Below, piece by piece: positions 53,725 to 63,126 of a stretch of 63,126 nucleotides of DNA. Origin of the DNA: Rhina ancylostomus (taxonomy: Eukaryota); contig JARFYF010000068.1 in assembly GCA_030265395.1 (NCBI GenBank), positions 6,680,267 to 6,743,392 of the forward strand, given 5' to 3'. The position numbers and the translations under genes are program-made. The notes beneath the pieces are model-generated. The model had not been told where the DNA came from and did no database searches. It saw only the letters and a list, made by a program, of their open reading frames with translations. Each line of letters opens with the position of its first letter. The stretch's first letter is position 1.

Positions 53725-54123
53725 CTATTCCAAGGAAAGAAGCATCAGACGCATGAGTATAAAAGGTAAACGTTTTCCCCAAAGGAAAAAAACCTTTTCA
53801 TTATTGTTTGGTAAGTAGTTTCTGTGAGAACTACAATCAATGAACGGTCATTGAAAAACTCGATGGAGTATTTGGACGAAAAAATGTGCTGATAAAAATG
53901 TGCTTAAGAGAAAGAGTAGTGCTTAGTTCGGAGGTATGTACTATTATTACGTTGGAGGGCTAGGATGCGTGTATTGGAAATATTTTATGAGCAATGGACT
54001 TCAAGACATTCCTGCAGTTTCTGATGATGTATGGACAACAAACACCACCTAAATTTACCCATATGGAATTTAGCCCCTATCCTATGACTTCGTGAAAGGA
54101 AATGTTTATGGAATGTGTTGTAC

Positions 54124-54271
54124 TTAGACGATGGAGAGTCACAAATAGGGATGATTTTCATCTGGGCATACGGTCAAAGGAAGAAGTGCGTCACAAGTGA
54201 ATGGTTTAACAGAGTTCGCAGCATGTGTCACAAAAGAAGAACGGGGGGGGATATTGTTATTTACCTTCAGC
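54124..54271 (-). pseudogene. DUF1943-like exon beginning AEG
   Basis: atatttttag|AEGK*QY..., completing the R-x-E-G motif across the intron. Confidence 0.5.
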
Positions 54272-54587
54272 CTAAAAATATGACTTCGTGCACATGAAAA
54301 TCCAAACGATTTTGTTATGGATGCCAGGAACTGCATGAACAAGTCACTAAATTAAGTTTCCTGCTCAAGTCCCCAATGAAATATTGCAACAGTACACGGT
54401 ATTAGGGGTTGTCTTTGTGTACAACTTGCACCAAATCGAAGTTAACTCCTTTGTGAACAGGTATATCCCCGCATGAGACCAGGCAACTCATCTGTAATAT
54501 TCAACATCAGCGCTCAAGTCTAGCTTCCCCTTTTAAACTCCGGTAGTGTTACAACATTAACGCAAACAGAAATATATAGAGAGTTAC

Positions 54588-54740
54588 CCCGGATGTGTTT
54601 AAACCGCAGTATATTCATATTATCGAATTCCGCAATCCAAACCCGATGAATGCATTTGCTCTAGAATTTGTCATATTTCGTGCTATGTATCTTCTGATCA
54701 ATTCCACAGGACGTGGAATAAACTTGAAAGCCATCATTCC
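54588..54740 (-). pseudogene. DUF1943-like exon
   Basis: ELIRRYIARNMTNSRANAF...MNILRFKHIR|gtaact, resembling SYLPRS...NLLEIGxR. The 5' boundary is approximate. Confidence 0.55.
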
Positions 54741-54957
54741 ACGCAGGAATAATTATATCCCTTTCCCCCCATCCCACTCCCACCCCATAAATGTAGGATG
54801 GCTCTTCGCGGGGTAAAATGTGTAAGACCTGACATTACATTAGCTATATTTCATCGAAAGTAAAGGTAACGAAATTTTATTAGAGAGTAAAATGGTCTTA
54901 ACTTCCTCGATGAGCCACCATTTCATTTGAGAAAAAGGAATAAAAATTCATGCACAC

Positions 54958-55027
54958 ATGAGTACGAATATTTCTGTGGGAGTTTCCAATAAGAATGTCC
55001 ACTGTTGAGGTTCTAACTCTGAATTAG
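54958..55027 (-). pseudogene. LLTP exon at the Vitellogenin_N/DUF1943 junction
   Basis: tctttggcag|LIQS*NLNSGHSYWKLPQKYSYS, resembling the RKFSRN motif. Confidence 0.55.
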
Positions 55028-55584
55028 CTGCCAAAGATGAGTCAGCCACGAGATTTCCCCACAACCCTTTATTTTCATCGTTAACATGCCGTTTATAATC
55101 TATCCATGAAATACGCGCTGTTAGTGCATCTGGACTATTATTGCTATCTGCTTAAGCATGTGTAAAGCACCTTAGAATCCTTTGCCGAAGTGGAAGTAAG
55201 TGGCGTAGGCATTTTCCGATTTCAAATTAAGTTCACAGATATCAAAATTATAACTTTGCACATTCGTTGGCTAATAAAAGCACAANNNNNNNNNNNNNNN
55301 NNNNNNNNNNNNNNNNNNNNNNNNNNNNNNNNNNNNNNNNNNNNNNNNNNNNNNNAAATCATTCGGCAGGTTTTGTAAACATTTTGAGATGGCAGATGTT
55401 CGTCCGCGTTATTCTGCTGGGCAAGAAGCTTTTACTCCTTACTTTTTACTGATCAGGGTTGCTCAGCTTCCAGGAAGCAAAATATCAATTTTCTCAATCG
55501 AAATCAAAATAATTTACCGTCAAAGATATGCCGTTTGTTCCGAACGACTTACATAGTACCTCCATTTTTTTTTACAAGACTTAC

Positions 55585-55602
55585 CTCTGGAATCACCCAT
55601 TC
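55585..55602 (-). pseudogene. 18-nt micro-exon
   Basis: tttttgcttgctttatag|GAATGGGTGATTCCAGAG|gtaagt, with strong splice sites on both sides. Confidence 0.55.
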
Positions 55603-55875
55603 CTATAAAGCAAGCAAAAATATATATTGATGATTGTTTTAACTTCTGAAAATAATATGTAACGAGGTGATGATATGACAGCCGTTAAACAGCAATTCTG
55701 AATTTCGTCTCTTTGAGAAAGATCTTTGGGTTAGATATAAGACGAACTGGCAATTGTTCCGGTACGTTTGTTCACACAGTTAATGCTCAATTTTGCTTCC
55801 CCTTCCCACCATCGCCATTGAATATACAGTGATCGGCCGACGGTAATCGGATTTTGTTTGCACTTCATCGTTTAC

Positions 55876-56015
55876 TTAATATTGGTATGATTTCAATAGA
55901 ATCTGCTGGCTGAGACTGGTCTCTGAGCATGCGCACAAAATATGCACGTGAATTGTCATCCCAAAGCATTTTCCTTGCAGTGATCGAAACAATAGGAATG
56001 CTGCACAAGTCGAAT
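55876..56015 (-). pseudogene. LLTP exon with an E-x-R-I-A-A-like region
   Basis: ARKMLWDDNSRAYFVRMLRDQSQPADSIEIIPIL|gtaaac. The acceptor is degenerate. Confidence 0.55.
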
Positions 56016-56311
56016 TTAAACAGGAAAAAACATGGTTAAAGAGGATGTGAAAGAAAGCAAACACGTGAATCAGCCTTCTAGAATCATATAAGCAATCTTA
56101 TGCTGTATGCCGAAAACAGGAAATATTAAGAGATGGAAAATATTCGAAAATCAATAAGTAAATTTCTTCTCTTGTAGTCTTGCAGAATAAACACATCTGG
56201 AACACGGACAAATTTAACACAAGTGTCAAAGTTCTTTTTCTAATTGTTCTTGCCTTTCGAAGGCCGGTATTAATATATTAACTATTGTTCAGCACACTCT
56301 GACGCATGTAT

Positions 56312-56511
56312 CTGATTAATTATAGAATTCGTTGCTCCTATGATCTTAGTCGTCAAAACAGCTGGTTGGCAGTTTCTAATGAAATAAAGGGACCACCGTA
56401 AGTGGTGAAGAGAGGAAGTTTTTTTTAAACTCCAACGTTTAATAGACTTTAATATCAGCATTTTCCCCAGCATCAGCATTTGTCCAAGTGTACATTGAAG
56501 CCAACATTTCT
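56312..56511 (-). pseudogene. LLTP exon with a YLKALGN-like region
   Basis: In phase with the previous exon. Reads EMLASMYTWTNADAGENADIKVY*TL...SSPLTVVPLF. Confidence 0.5.
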
Positions 56512-56702
56512 CTACCATTTTAAATAAATTTAAAATTCTATTAATTTCGCAATACGAAAGTAAAATTCGCAAAGTTCCTACAATGAACTGTTGTATTTTA
56601 TTCTCTTTACCTTTATATTTTTGAACGTCCGAGCTAAAATATTAGAATTCGTAGGTCGACAGCTGCATTGTGATGGGAAACAATGCGTTCAAGTACACTG
56701 AC

Positions 56703-56836
56703 CTATTACGAGATGCTTCTTCTGAGAACATATAACTTATTGCTGCTTGTCTATTTCCGTCCCAACTGTCAATGCTTTGCTCTATGTTAGTTGTGCAAGG
56801 ACAATCGACCGTGCACGTAACAATGACAAGGATCGG
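56703..56836 (-). pseudogene. LLTP helical-domain exon (open frame)
   Basis: tatatttttcag|PILVIVTCTVDCPCTTNIEQSIDSWDGNRQAAISYMFSEEASRNR|gtcagt. Confidence 0.6.
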
Positions 56837-56911
56837 CTGAAAAATATACAATTGGTAACAGGACGTGGAACATCTGATCATATGAGGTTTTTTTTGGCAA
56901 TAAGAACTGAC

Positions 56912-57129
56912 CTTAGGCGATGTATTTCTTATTCAACAATATCTTATTGTTCAACAGCTTTGGTAGTTGCACTCAGTGAAATCAAAACAATGTAATAATT
57001 GTTTCAGATACGCAAAATAATTGTCAGGAAACAAGTGTCCAGTTATCTATAATTTGGTACTTCCAATTACGTGAAGTATAAAAAATGTCCTTGCAATATT
57101 ATATTTTGCCAATAAATTCACAATGTTAT
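56912..57129 (-). pseudogene. LLTP helical-domain exon (stops, frameshift)
   Basis: Acceptor aataatag and donor ag|gtcagt. Reads NIVNLLAKYNIARTFFIL... Confidence 0.45.
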
Positions 57130-57242
57130 CTATTATTCAAAAACAAATGTTTCTATGTCTTTAAACAGTAACATTTTAGTTGCAAATGTAAATCTTGTTT
57201 ATCCCAAATTGAGAACTTTAAGAACGATTCATGAAGGGGAAT

Positions 57243-58310
57243 GAACATAGAACATTGAACATAGAAAAACTATAGCACCGTTCAAGCCCTACAGCTCACA
57301 AAGCTGTGCCGAACATGTCCCTAACCTAGCAATTACCAGACCTACCCATAGCCGTCTATTTTATTCAGCTCCATGTACCTATCCAACAGTCTCTTGAAAG
57401 ACCCTATCGTATCCGCCTCCACCACCGTTTCCGGCAGCCCATTCCACGCATTCACTACTCTCTGCGTAAAAAATTACTCCTGACATCTCCTCTATATCTA
57501 CTCCCCAGCACCTTAAACCTGTGCCCTCTCATGGCCACTATTTCAGCCCTGGGGAAAAGCCTCTGACTATCTACCTGATCAATACCTCTCATCATCTTAT
57601 GCACCTCTATCAGGTTCCTCCTCATCCTCCGTCTCTCCAGGGAGAAAAGGCTGAGTTCCCTGAACCTGCTTTCATAAGGCATGCTCCCCATTCCGGGTAA
57701 CATCCTCGTAAATCTCCTCTGCACCCTCTCTGGCTTCCTCATCTTTCCTGTAGTGAGGCGACCAGAACTGAGCACAATACTCCAATTGGGGTCTGACCAG
57801 GGACCTATATAGCTGCAACAATACCTCTCGGCTCCTAAATTCAATTCCCCGATTGACGAAGGACAATACACCATATGCCTTCTTAACCACAGAGTCAACC
57901 TGCACAGCCGCTTTGAGAGTCCTATGGGCTCGGACCCCAAGACCCCTCTGGTCCTCCACACTGCCAAGTGTCCTACCATTACTACTATATTCCACCAACA
58001 TATTTGACCTACCAAAATGAACCAATTCACAGTTATCTGGGTTGAACTGCATCTGCCACTCCTCAACACAGCTTTGCATCGTACCTATGTCCCTCTGTAA
58101 CATCTGACAGACTTCCAAACTATCCACAATACCCCTAACCTTAGTGTCGTCTGCAAACTTACTAACCCACCCTTCCAGTTCCTTATCCAGGTAAAATGAT
58201 AAAGAGTAAGGGTCCCAGTACAGAGCCCTGAGGTCACCGACCTCCACTCAGAATACGTCCCTTCAACAACCACTCTTTGCCTTCTGTTGGCCAGCTAGTT
58301 CTGGATCCAC
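57243..58310 (-). mobile_element. 5'-truncated CR1 LINE
   Basis: ORFs give WVSKFADDTKV, VKKAYGVLSFVNRGIEFRSREVLLQLYRSLVRPQLEYC and ERVQRRFTRMLPGM, with a (GAACATA)n tail. Confidence 0.95.
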
Positions 58311-58585
58311 ATCTGGATGGGACATCTGTTCAACCAAAATCTGGATGAATAATCTCCCTTTAAACCCAAATTGGTTCGTAATTACACGAATTATGCCCTT
58401 TAATAAAATGCAAAGGTCTCGATCTGGTTTAACTTTTTAAATTATGAAGTGCAATGGTGTTGGCTAATCGATTTCCCGATACATAGTAATGAGAAAACGG
58501 TGGTCACTGGCAACATTGACTGTCAAAACTTCTCAATTTCGTTATTGTTTTAAATAAAAGTCGAATTTAAATTATCATCACTTAC

Positions 58586-58955
58586 TCAACACCAATAGTC
58601 ATGAACAAATTCGCCTTTCAATAAAATCCCTGGATTGATATGTCAAAAGATACACATCCGTGGAGAAAAAAAATAGAAACAAAGGAAATGAAATTATATT
58701 CCCTAAAGTCGGTGAAAGAACAATTGCATTTCTCGGCTATTGGGCTTTGAAGGAAGCAGGATAAATTCATAACGCTGCAACTGGAGCAAACGAGATCTAT
58801 GGCATCACGAATAGGGACATATATTGCAAATGTAAAGGTAAAATGTTTAGTTAGGCTAAACATTTTCAAGTCAATCGCGAAGACAGCAGGGAACTTTTCA
58901 AAAAACTTAAACCAGGCATCATACTTCCAGGAACATGTCACGGCTAATCAGGAAC
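58586..58955 (-). pseudogene. LLTP exon at the start of the alpha-helical domain
   Basis: Acceptor ctcctccag and donor gtaagt. Overlaps ORF 58618-58941: PIRDAIDLVCSS...PIAEKCNCSFTDFREYNFISFVSIFF. Confidence 0.6.
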
Positions 58956-60224
58956 CTGGAGGAGTCGAATGGAATGGTTGAGTTGATTTGATGTTGAAGT
59001 TAACTTAACTGAGAACGACCGTGACATTCTACTTTGAATAGGTCAGAACAAGAAACCGTTTTCGACGAATATTCATTGTTCTGTAGTTATGAAGGAATGT
59101 ACCCTCTGCCCAGTCAAAGAAAATACTTGATTGGCAAATGAACTAAAATGACATTAAAGTCCGTTTCTGTTGCTACCGTCGATTCTGCTTGCTAAACCAG
59201 TTGCTTAAAATTAGAAGCCTCACTGTCAAGTATACCAGAAACATGGTTGAGAGATGATGAAGCCTAAGTATTGAAATTAATGTTTAGTCTTCCTTAAAAG
59301 CTAATACCATTACAAATACGCACGCACACTTCCTCCCGCCCTCTCCACAGCAGCACTCCATCAGTATTGTATTCGGTTGCATTGCTATAAAAAAACAAAT
59401 ATATTGGGTCGTCTAAGTTTTCCAAATTAGTCAGGCTCTACCGAAATGAAACCTACACATTAGTATGCACAAGCTGAAAATAAATNNNNNNNNNNNNNNN
59501 NNNNNNNNNNNNNNNNNNNNNNNNNNNNNNNNNNNNNNNNNNNNNNNNNNNNNNGCAGCTGCTTTTCTATCTTACCATCGCTTTCAGTTTCTAGAGGAGG
59601 AAAAGAAACGAAGCATGTTATTCATACTTTACTGAGAATTATCACATGCATTCTTACATTTCATAATTCATTATTCACACATTCGCAGGTACATGTTCCA
59701 TTCTTTAATAGAACCATACATTTAAACGATGAGCTACCTATTTATATTCAGAACATTAGAATTGTTGCTCCCAAAGCGAAGATTTATGGCACGTATTGTT
59801 CAAATAAAAGTAAATTACAATTAAATGCATGTACTTGGGTACAATGATGAATAATATCTGTACTCTTCCCGAAAAATGAAATTATAATTAATATCGTGAT
59901 CATAATTTAAGCAAAAAAAGGCCATGTTCCTCGGACATCACCTTCTGAACCCGCAATCTCTGTTATAACGAAGGACAAATACAGTATGTGCATGGGAGCA
60001 CCATCACATGCAGCTTCAACCTCCAAGTCCAGCAACATTCTGTTCGGAAACATTCCCATTCTCTGTTGTTTGCCTGTCAACCAATACTCAATCCTTGCCA
60101 TTTGTTACACCCAGCTCCAACTTTTCTAAACCTGTGAGCCAACTGCCTGCTTTGGACTTAAAGCAAAGCCCCATCTATCATAAGGGTCGAAGGGTGCTTG
60201 TTAAAATAAAAAGATGCACATATG

Positions 60225-60440
60225 TCCCTTTAGGAAGTAAATCTTCAGCCTTTTCTGATGGAATCGATATTGCATTCCTGTGCCGATAAGTCTCTTCCAT
60301 ACTGTACCGAGGCTTGGCAGTACAGTTTTCGAATAAAATAAAGAGGGGAGTTAAATTTAGGTCTCCTCGCTAATGTCCAAATGTCAGGAATGATGTTATA
60401 AAAAAGAATATCATGTAAAGCAATCGCTCCAAGAATATAT
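60225..60440 (-). pseudogene. LLTP exon with the G-x-C-x-T-x-Y and downstream N-C motifs
   Basis: ILG / DCFT*YSFL (about 60408-60435) and FENCTAKPRYSM (about 60300-60332). Boundaries are approximate. Confidence 0.65.
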
Positions 60441-60989
60441 CGATCAAACAGGACGAAAGGAAGATGGTAATGCTAAGTTATCTGTCAGCTTAGACCAAAG
60501 TAAATTCCAAATAAACTTGTTGAAAAATAGGTGGCCATTTATTTTTAGGGTTATATCAAATGAGCCGCGTGCTCTCACTCTGTAATCTACAAACATCACT
60601 TAAATTGTTCAATTCACTGAAAGCAGCAAAATTGCTGTATTACACTTTACTCGAAAATGTATTAGAATTGCACGTTATGAAAGAACTAATTGACGTCGTA
60701 GAATATGTTGAGTTTGAAAATGTTGCAGTTTATTTGGATACTTACATCTGCTATTACTGTGGTCCACACTTTAATACATGTAACAAGATTTTCACGTCAA
60801 ATGTCTAAACGTAACAATTTTCACAACTACGTGTTTCGAATTTTTGAATAATAATGCCCTATGAAATGTTAGATTTAGATAAAGATAACACAAAATCTGA
60901 TGTTCCCTTATGAAGTAACGTCGGATTTGTAAATAAGCATGGTTTGTTGGAACAAATTGTTGTGTAACCAACTGAAACATGTGAATGCC

Positions 60990-61137
60990 TTTCAAGTACA
61001 ATAATCGACAATTTTGTAAAGAATGCCATGAACTTTTGTCTTGACATTTTCAAAATGAACAGTAGTTTTGCCTGAAGTCGAATGGCTAACACACGCCATT
61101 GAATTTGAACATAACTCCACGAAGTTCCCATGGTTCT
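60990..61137 (-). pseudogene. LLTP exon with an LNIKRGIL-like motif
   Basis: Acceptor ttctctccag. VMFKFNG / VLAIRL / HFENVKTKVHGILYKI occur across frames. The 3' boundary is approximate. Confidence 0.55.
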
Positions 61138-61367
61138 CTGGAGAGAATTTCCCTTTTGTCATCGGTAGATTATTATTTGAAATCATAAGCCTTCTCCAAT
61201 TTAATGGAATGGAATATTCAAACCTACTACCAGTGGGACAAAATCATTCATGCTATATTTGTGGAATGCCCCGCCCAGGATTTGGATCTCTTGCTCTACC
61301 TTTGACTCTTCACAGGTCAGGCGGCAGTTTTGGATTATATAAATTTGGAAGGTTAGGGCAAAATTAC

Positions 61368-61462
61368 CTGTGCTGCAGAATTATTGCCAATCGCATTTAG
61401 CACGCCTCCCGCATCAGTGCATTGGTTAAAGCTGACGTGCATGGGCATTTAAATTCTGCAAG
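61368..61462 (-). pseudogene. LLTP exon 3 (frameshifted)
   Basis: Acceptor tttacag and donor cag|gtaatt. Reads LQNLNAH...GGVLNAIGNNSAAQ across frames. Confidence 0.5.
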
Positions 61463-61781
61463 CTGTAAACTGTTTTCATTTGGTCCACATCCCAATTCCA
61501 AAGCAGATCTATAATTTCAGTCCAGCAGTACTTCGTTGAAAAATGGACATTGCATTGGAACTTTCTTTGTGGTGCACAATATCCCGGACCAAGGTAAGAG
61601 AAGGTAAAATAGAAACTTATGCCCTCCCAACTAGCACGGCACAACTCCAGCAGCACCCTGGAATGGCTTGGGTAAAAGACCACAAAGTATGGTTAACTTT
61701 CATGCATACCTTTCAGGCGGACGTAAGTGTAAAAAAAATCGTCAGTATTTTCTATTTCGACAACTCCCCTCTGCCATAATC

Positions 61782-61960
61782 CTTCAGCACTACTATCAGA
61801 GTTGGATTGAATCTCACTAAGATCGCATTCCACTGCACGGGGCATCATCATAAATGGACTTTCTGCAGCCACAACCTAATTCCAATTCCATACAATTCAG
61901 ACCTATGCCCTTCCAAAGCGTATGCATAATTTTCATCTTCTGGAATGTACATTTCATTTC
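61782..61960 (-). pseudogene. LLTP exon 2: start of Vitellogenin_N
   Basis: Acceptor tgtcatag. Reads NEMYIPEDENYAYALEGHRSELYGIGIRLWLQKVHL**CPVQWNAILVRFNPTLIVVLK, resembling the Y-x-P-G-x-x-Y-x-Y-x-Y-E-G...LKL N-terminus. The donor is degenerate (ga). Confidence 0.7.
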
Positions 61961-62195
61961 CTATGACAGTTTTCTATTTCAACACATATGATTGGAAATC
62001 TGTCGTTTTACCTCCACACCCCAACTACGTGAAGCAGTCTGTGTGGTATATATGGATGGAATTTCTTTAATTTACCCGAAACACTCGTAAAACACGTTTA
62101 CCTGTTTGAAATTACTTTTACTAAATAATTTTATATGAAATGGAGAATCCAAGAAGACCGTGACCTCTTTTGATGGATGACGCAGCACTACATAC

Positions 62196-62256
62196 GTCAG
62201 CCATGACTGACAAAAAGCCAATGAGCCAGATGACAAGAACATTTAACTCCTCTCAT
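62196..62256 (-). pseudogene. LLTP exon 1: signal peptide (frameshifted)
   Basis: ATG at 62256. The +1 frame reads EELNVLVIWLIGFLSVMAD and is followed by donor gtatgt. The ATG frame hits TGA. Confidence 0.65.
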
Positions 62257-62332
62257 CGCCAGATATTTATGCTTTGCGTGTGTTCGCATGTCACATGCAA
62301 TGCACAAGCACCTGGGTCAGGAACCCGCCGAA

Positions 62333-62351
62333 CTTTATATTGTATTTATCT
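62333..62351 (-). promoter_or_regulatory. Candidate TATA box (TATAAAG, 62339-62333) with an adjacent GATA site (AGATAA, 62351-62346)
   Basis: Both motifs lie about 80-95 nt upstream of the ATG of the signal-peptide exon on the same strand. Confidence 0.5.
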
Positions 62352-62609
62352 GCTGGTTATCGACAGAATCACCAGGTAAATTTCCACACTTTCTGACATA
62401 CAAACTAAACATTAATATTGTCTCTTCTTTGATTTGCCTCTTTACAATAGCCTTCCTATTGCTTAGAAAAAGAATAACACGCACATCTTACATCTTCCGC
62501 CATTTCTCTCAAAATATTTGTTATCATTCCTATATACCGGATGCTAAATTGCTCCAAAGCTCCATCGAATAGAATCCACAAACATGTGAATACTGATCAG
62601 AAAGTGTCC

Positions 62610-63126
62610 TCTTCGTTTACGAAAGCATCCCATCTGGATGAGTCACAGCTTCGTATGGTTACTGCTCTGCCCAAGACCGGAAGAAACTGTAAGATGTGGA
62701 CACAGCCCAGCGCGTCACGAAAACTAGCCTCCTCTCCATGGGCTCTGTCTTTACCTCTCGCTACCTTGATGAAGCAGCCAACATAATCAAAGACCACACC
62801 CACCCAGGTCATTCTCTCTTCTCTCCTCTCCCATCAGGCAGAAGATACAGGAGGCTGAGGGCACATACCACCAAGCTCAATGACAGATTCCATCTCACTA
62901 AGACTACTGAATGGTTCCCTTGTACGATGAGATAGTGTATTGATCTCGTAATCAACTTTGTTGTGATCTTGTACTTATTGTTTACCTGCACTGCACTTCC
63001 TCTACAGCTGTGGCACTTTACTCTGTACTTTTATTGTTTTTAACCAGTACTACCTCAGTGCACTCTGTACTAACTCAATGTAACTGTACTGTGTAATGAA
63101 TTGACCTGTACGATCTGTATGCAAGA
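62610..63126 (+). mobile_element. Rex1/Babar-type non-LTR 3' end
   Basis: DTAQRVTKTSL...AANIIKDHTHPGHSLFSPLPSGRRYRRLRAHTTKLNDRF followed by a 3' UTR. Confidence 0.9.

Larger units (their letters stand above)
930..62256 (-). pseudogene. Large decayed multi-exon LLTP gene (vitellogenin/apolipophorin/apoB superfamily, possibly LOC400499-like); 3' end not seen in the window
   Basis: More than 50 minus-strand AG...GT-bounded segments. They give, in the expected order, a signal peptide, Vitellogenin_N motifs (YIPEDENYAYALEG; FENVKTKVHGIL; G-DCFT*Y; FENCTAKPRY), an alpha-helical region, DUF1943-like motifs (LPQKYSY; YIARNMTN; IR|AEG; SGVPFCF) and many beta-rich exons. In-frame stops and frameshifts are frequent. 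Confidence 0.82.

Noticed and set aside
57455-58247. The longest ORFs as host genes or an active retroelement
   Set aside because: They are frameshifted, 5'-truncated CR1 ORF2.
62152-62166. Estrogen response element near exon 1, as in vitellogenin genes
   Set aside because: Only an AGGTCA half-site is present, with no palindromic ERE.
1-63126. CRISPR arrays, prokaryotic operons or Ig/TCR segments with RSS
   Set aside because: No repeat-spacer arrays, dense ORFs, Ig V/J motifs or heptamer-nonamer pairs were recognised.

Overview
AT-rich vertebrate DNA from a gapped draft assembly. The repeat content (CR1 LINEs, Rex/Babar, Penelope-end elements) suggests a cartilaginous fish, which is an inference. 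No ORF in the supplied track is an intact gene. Reading the minus strand between splice signals shows that almost the whole window (about 62.3 kb down to about 0.9 kb, probably continuing past the left edge) is one heavily decayed multi-exon gene of the large lipid transfer protein (LLTP) superfamily. It has a TATA box, a signal-peptide exon, Vitellogenin_N and DUF1943-like exons, and then about 45 kb of predicted beta-rich exons containing recurring ~27-nt phase-1 micro-exons ending in K-D-x. Many exons carry stops or frameshifts, while many splice sites survive. The introns hold CR1 and Rex/Babar fragments, LTR-like segments, an LTR end joined to an almost complete CCA-bearing copy of tRNA-Pro, and a Penelope-type minimal hammerhead ribozyme motif. 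Exon boundaries and translations were read by eye, and family assignments come from remembered motifs, not database searches.
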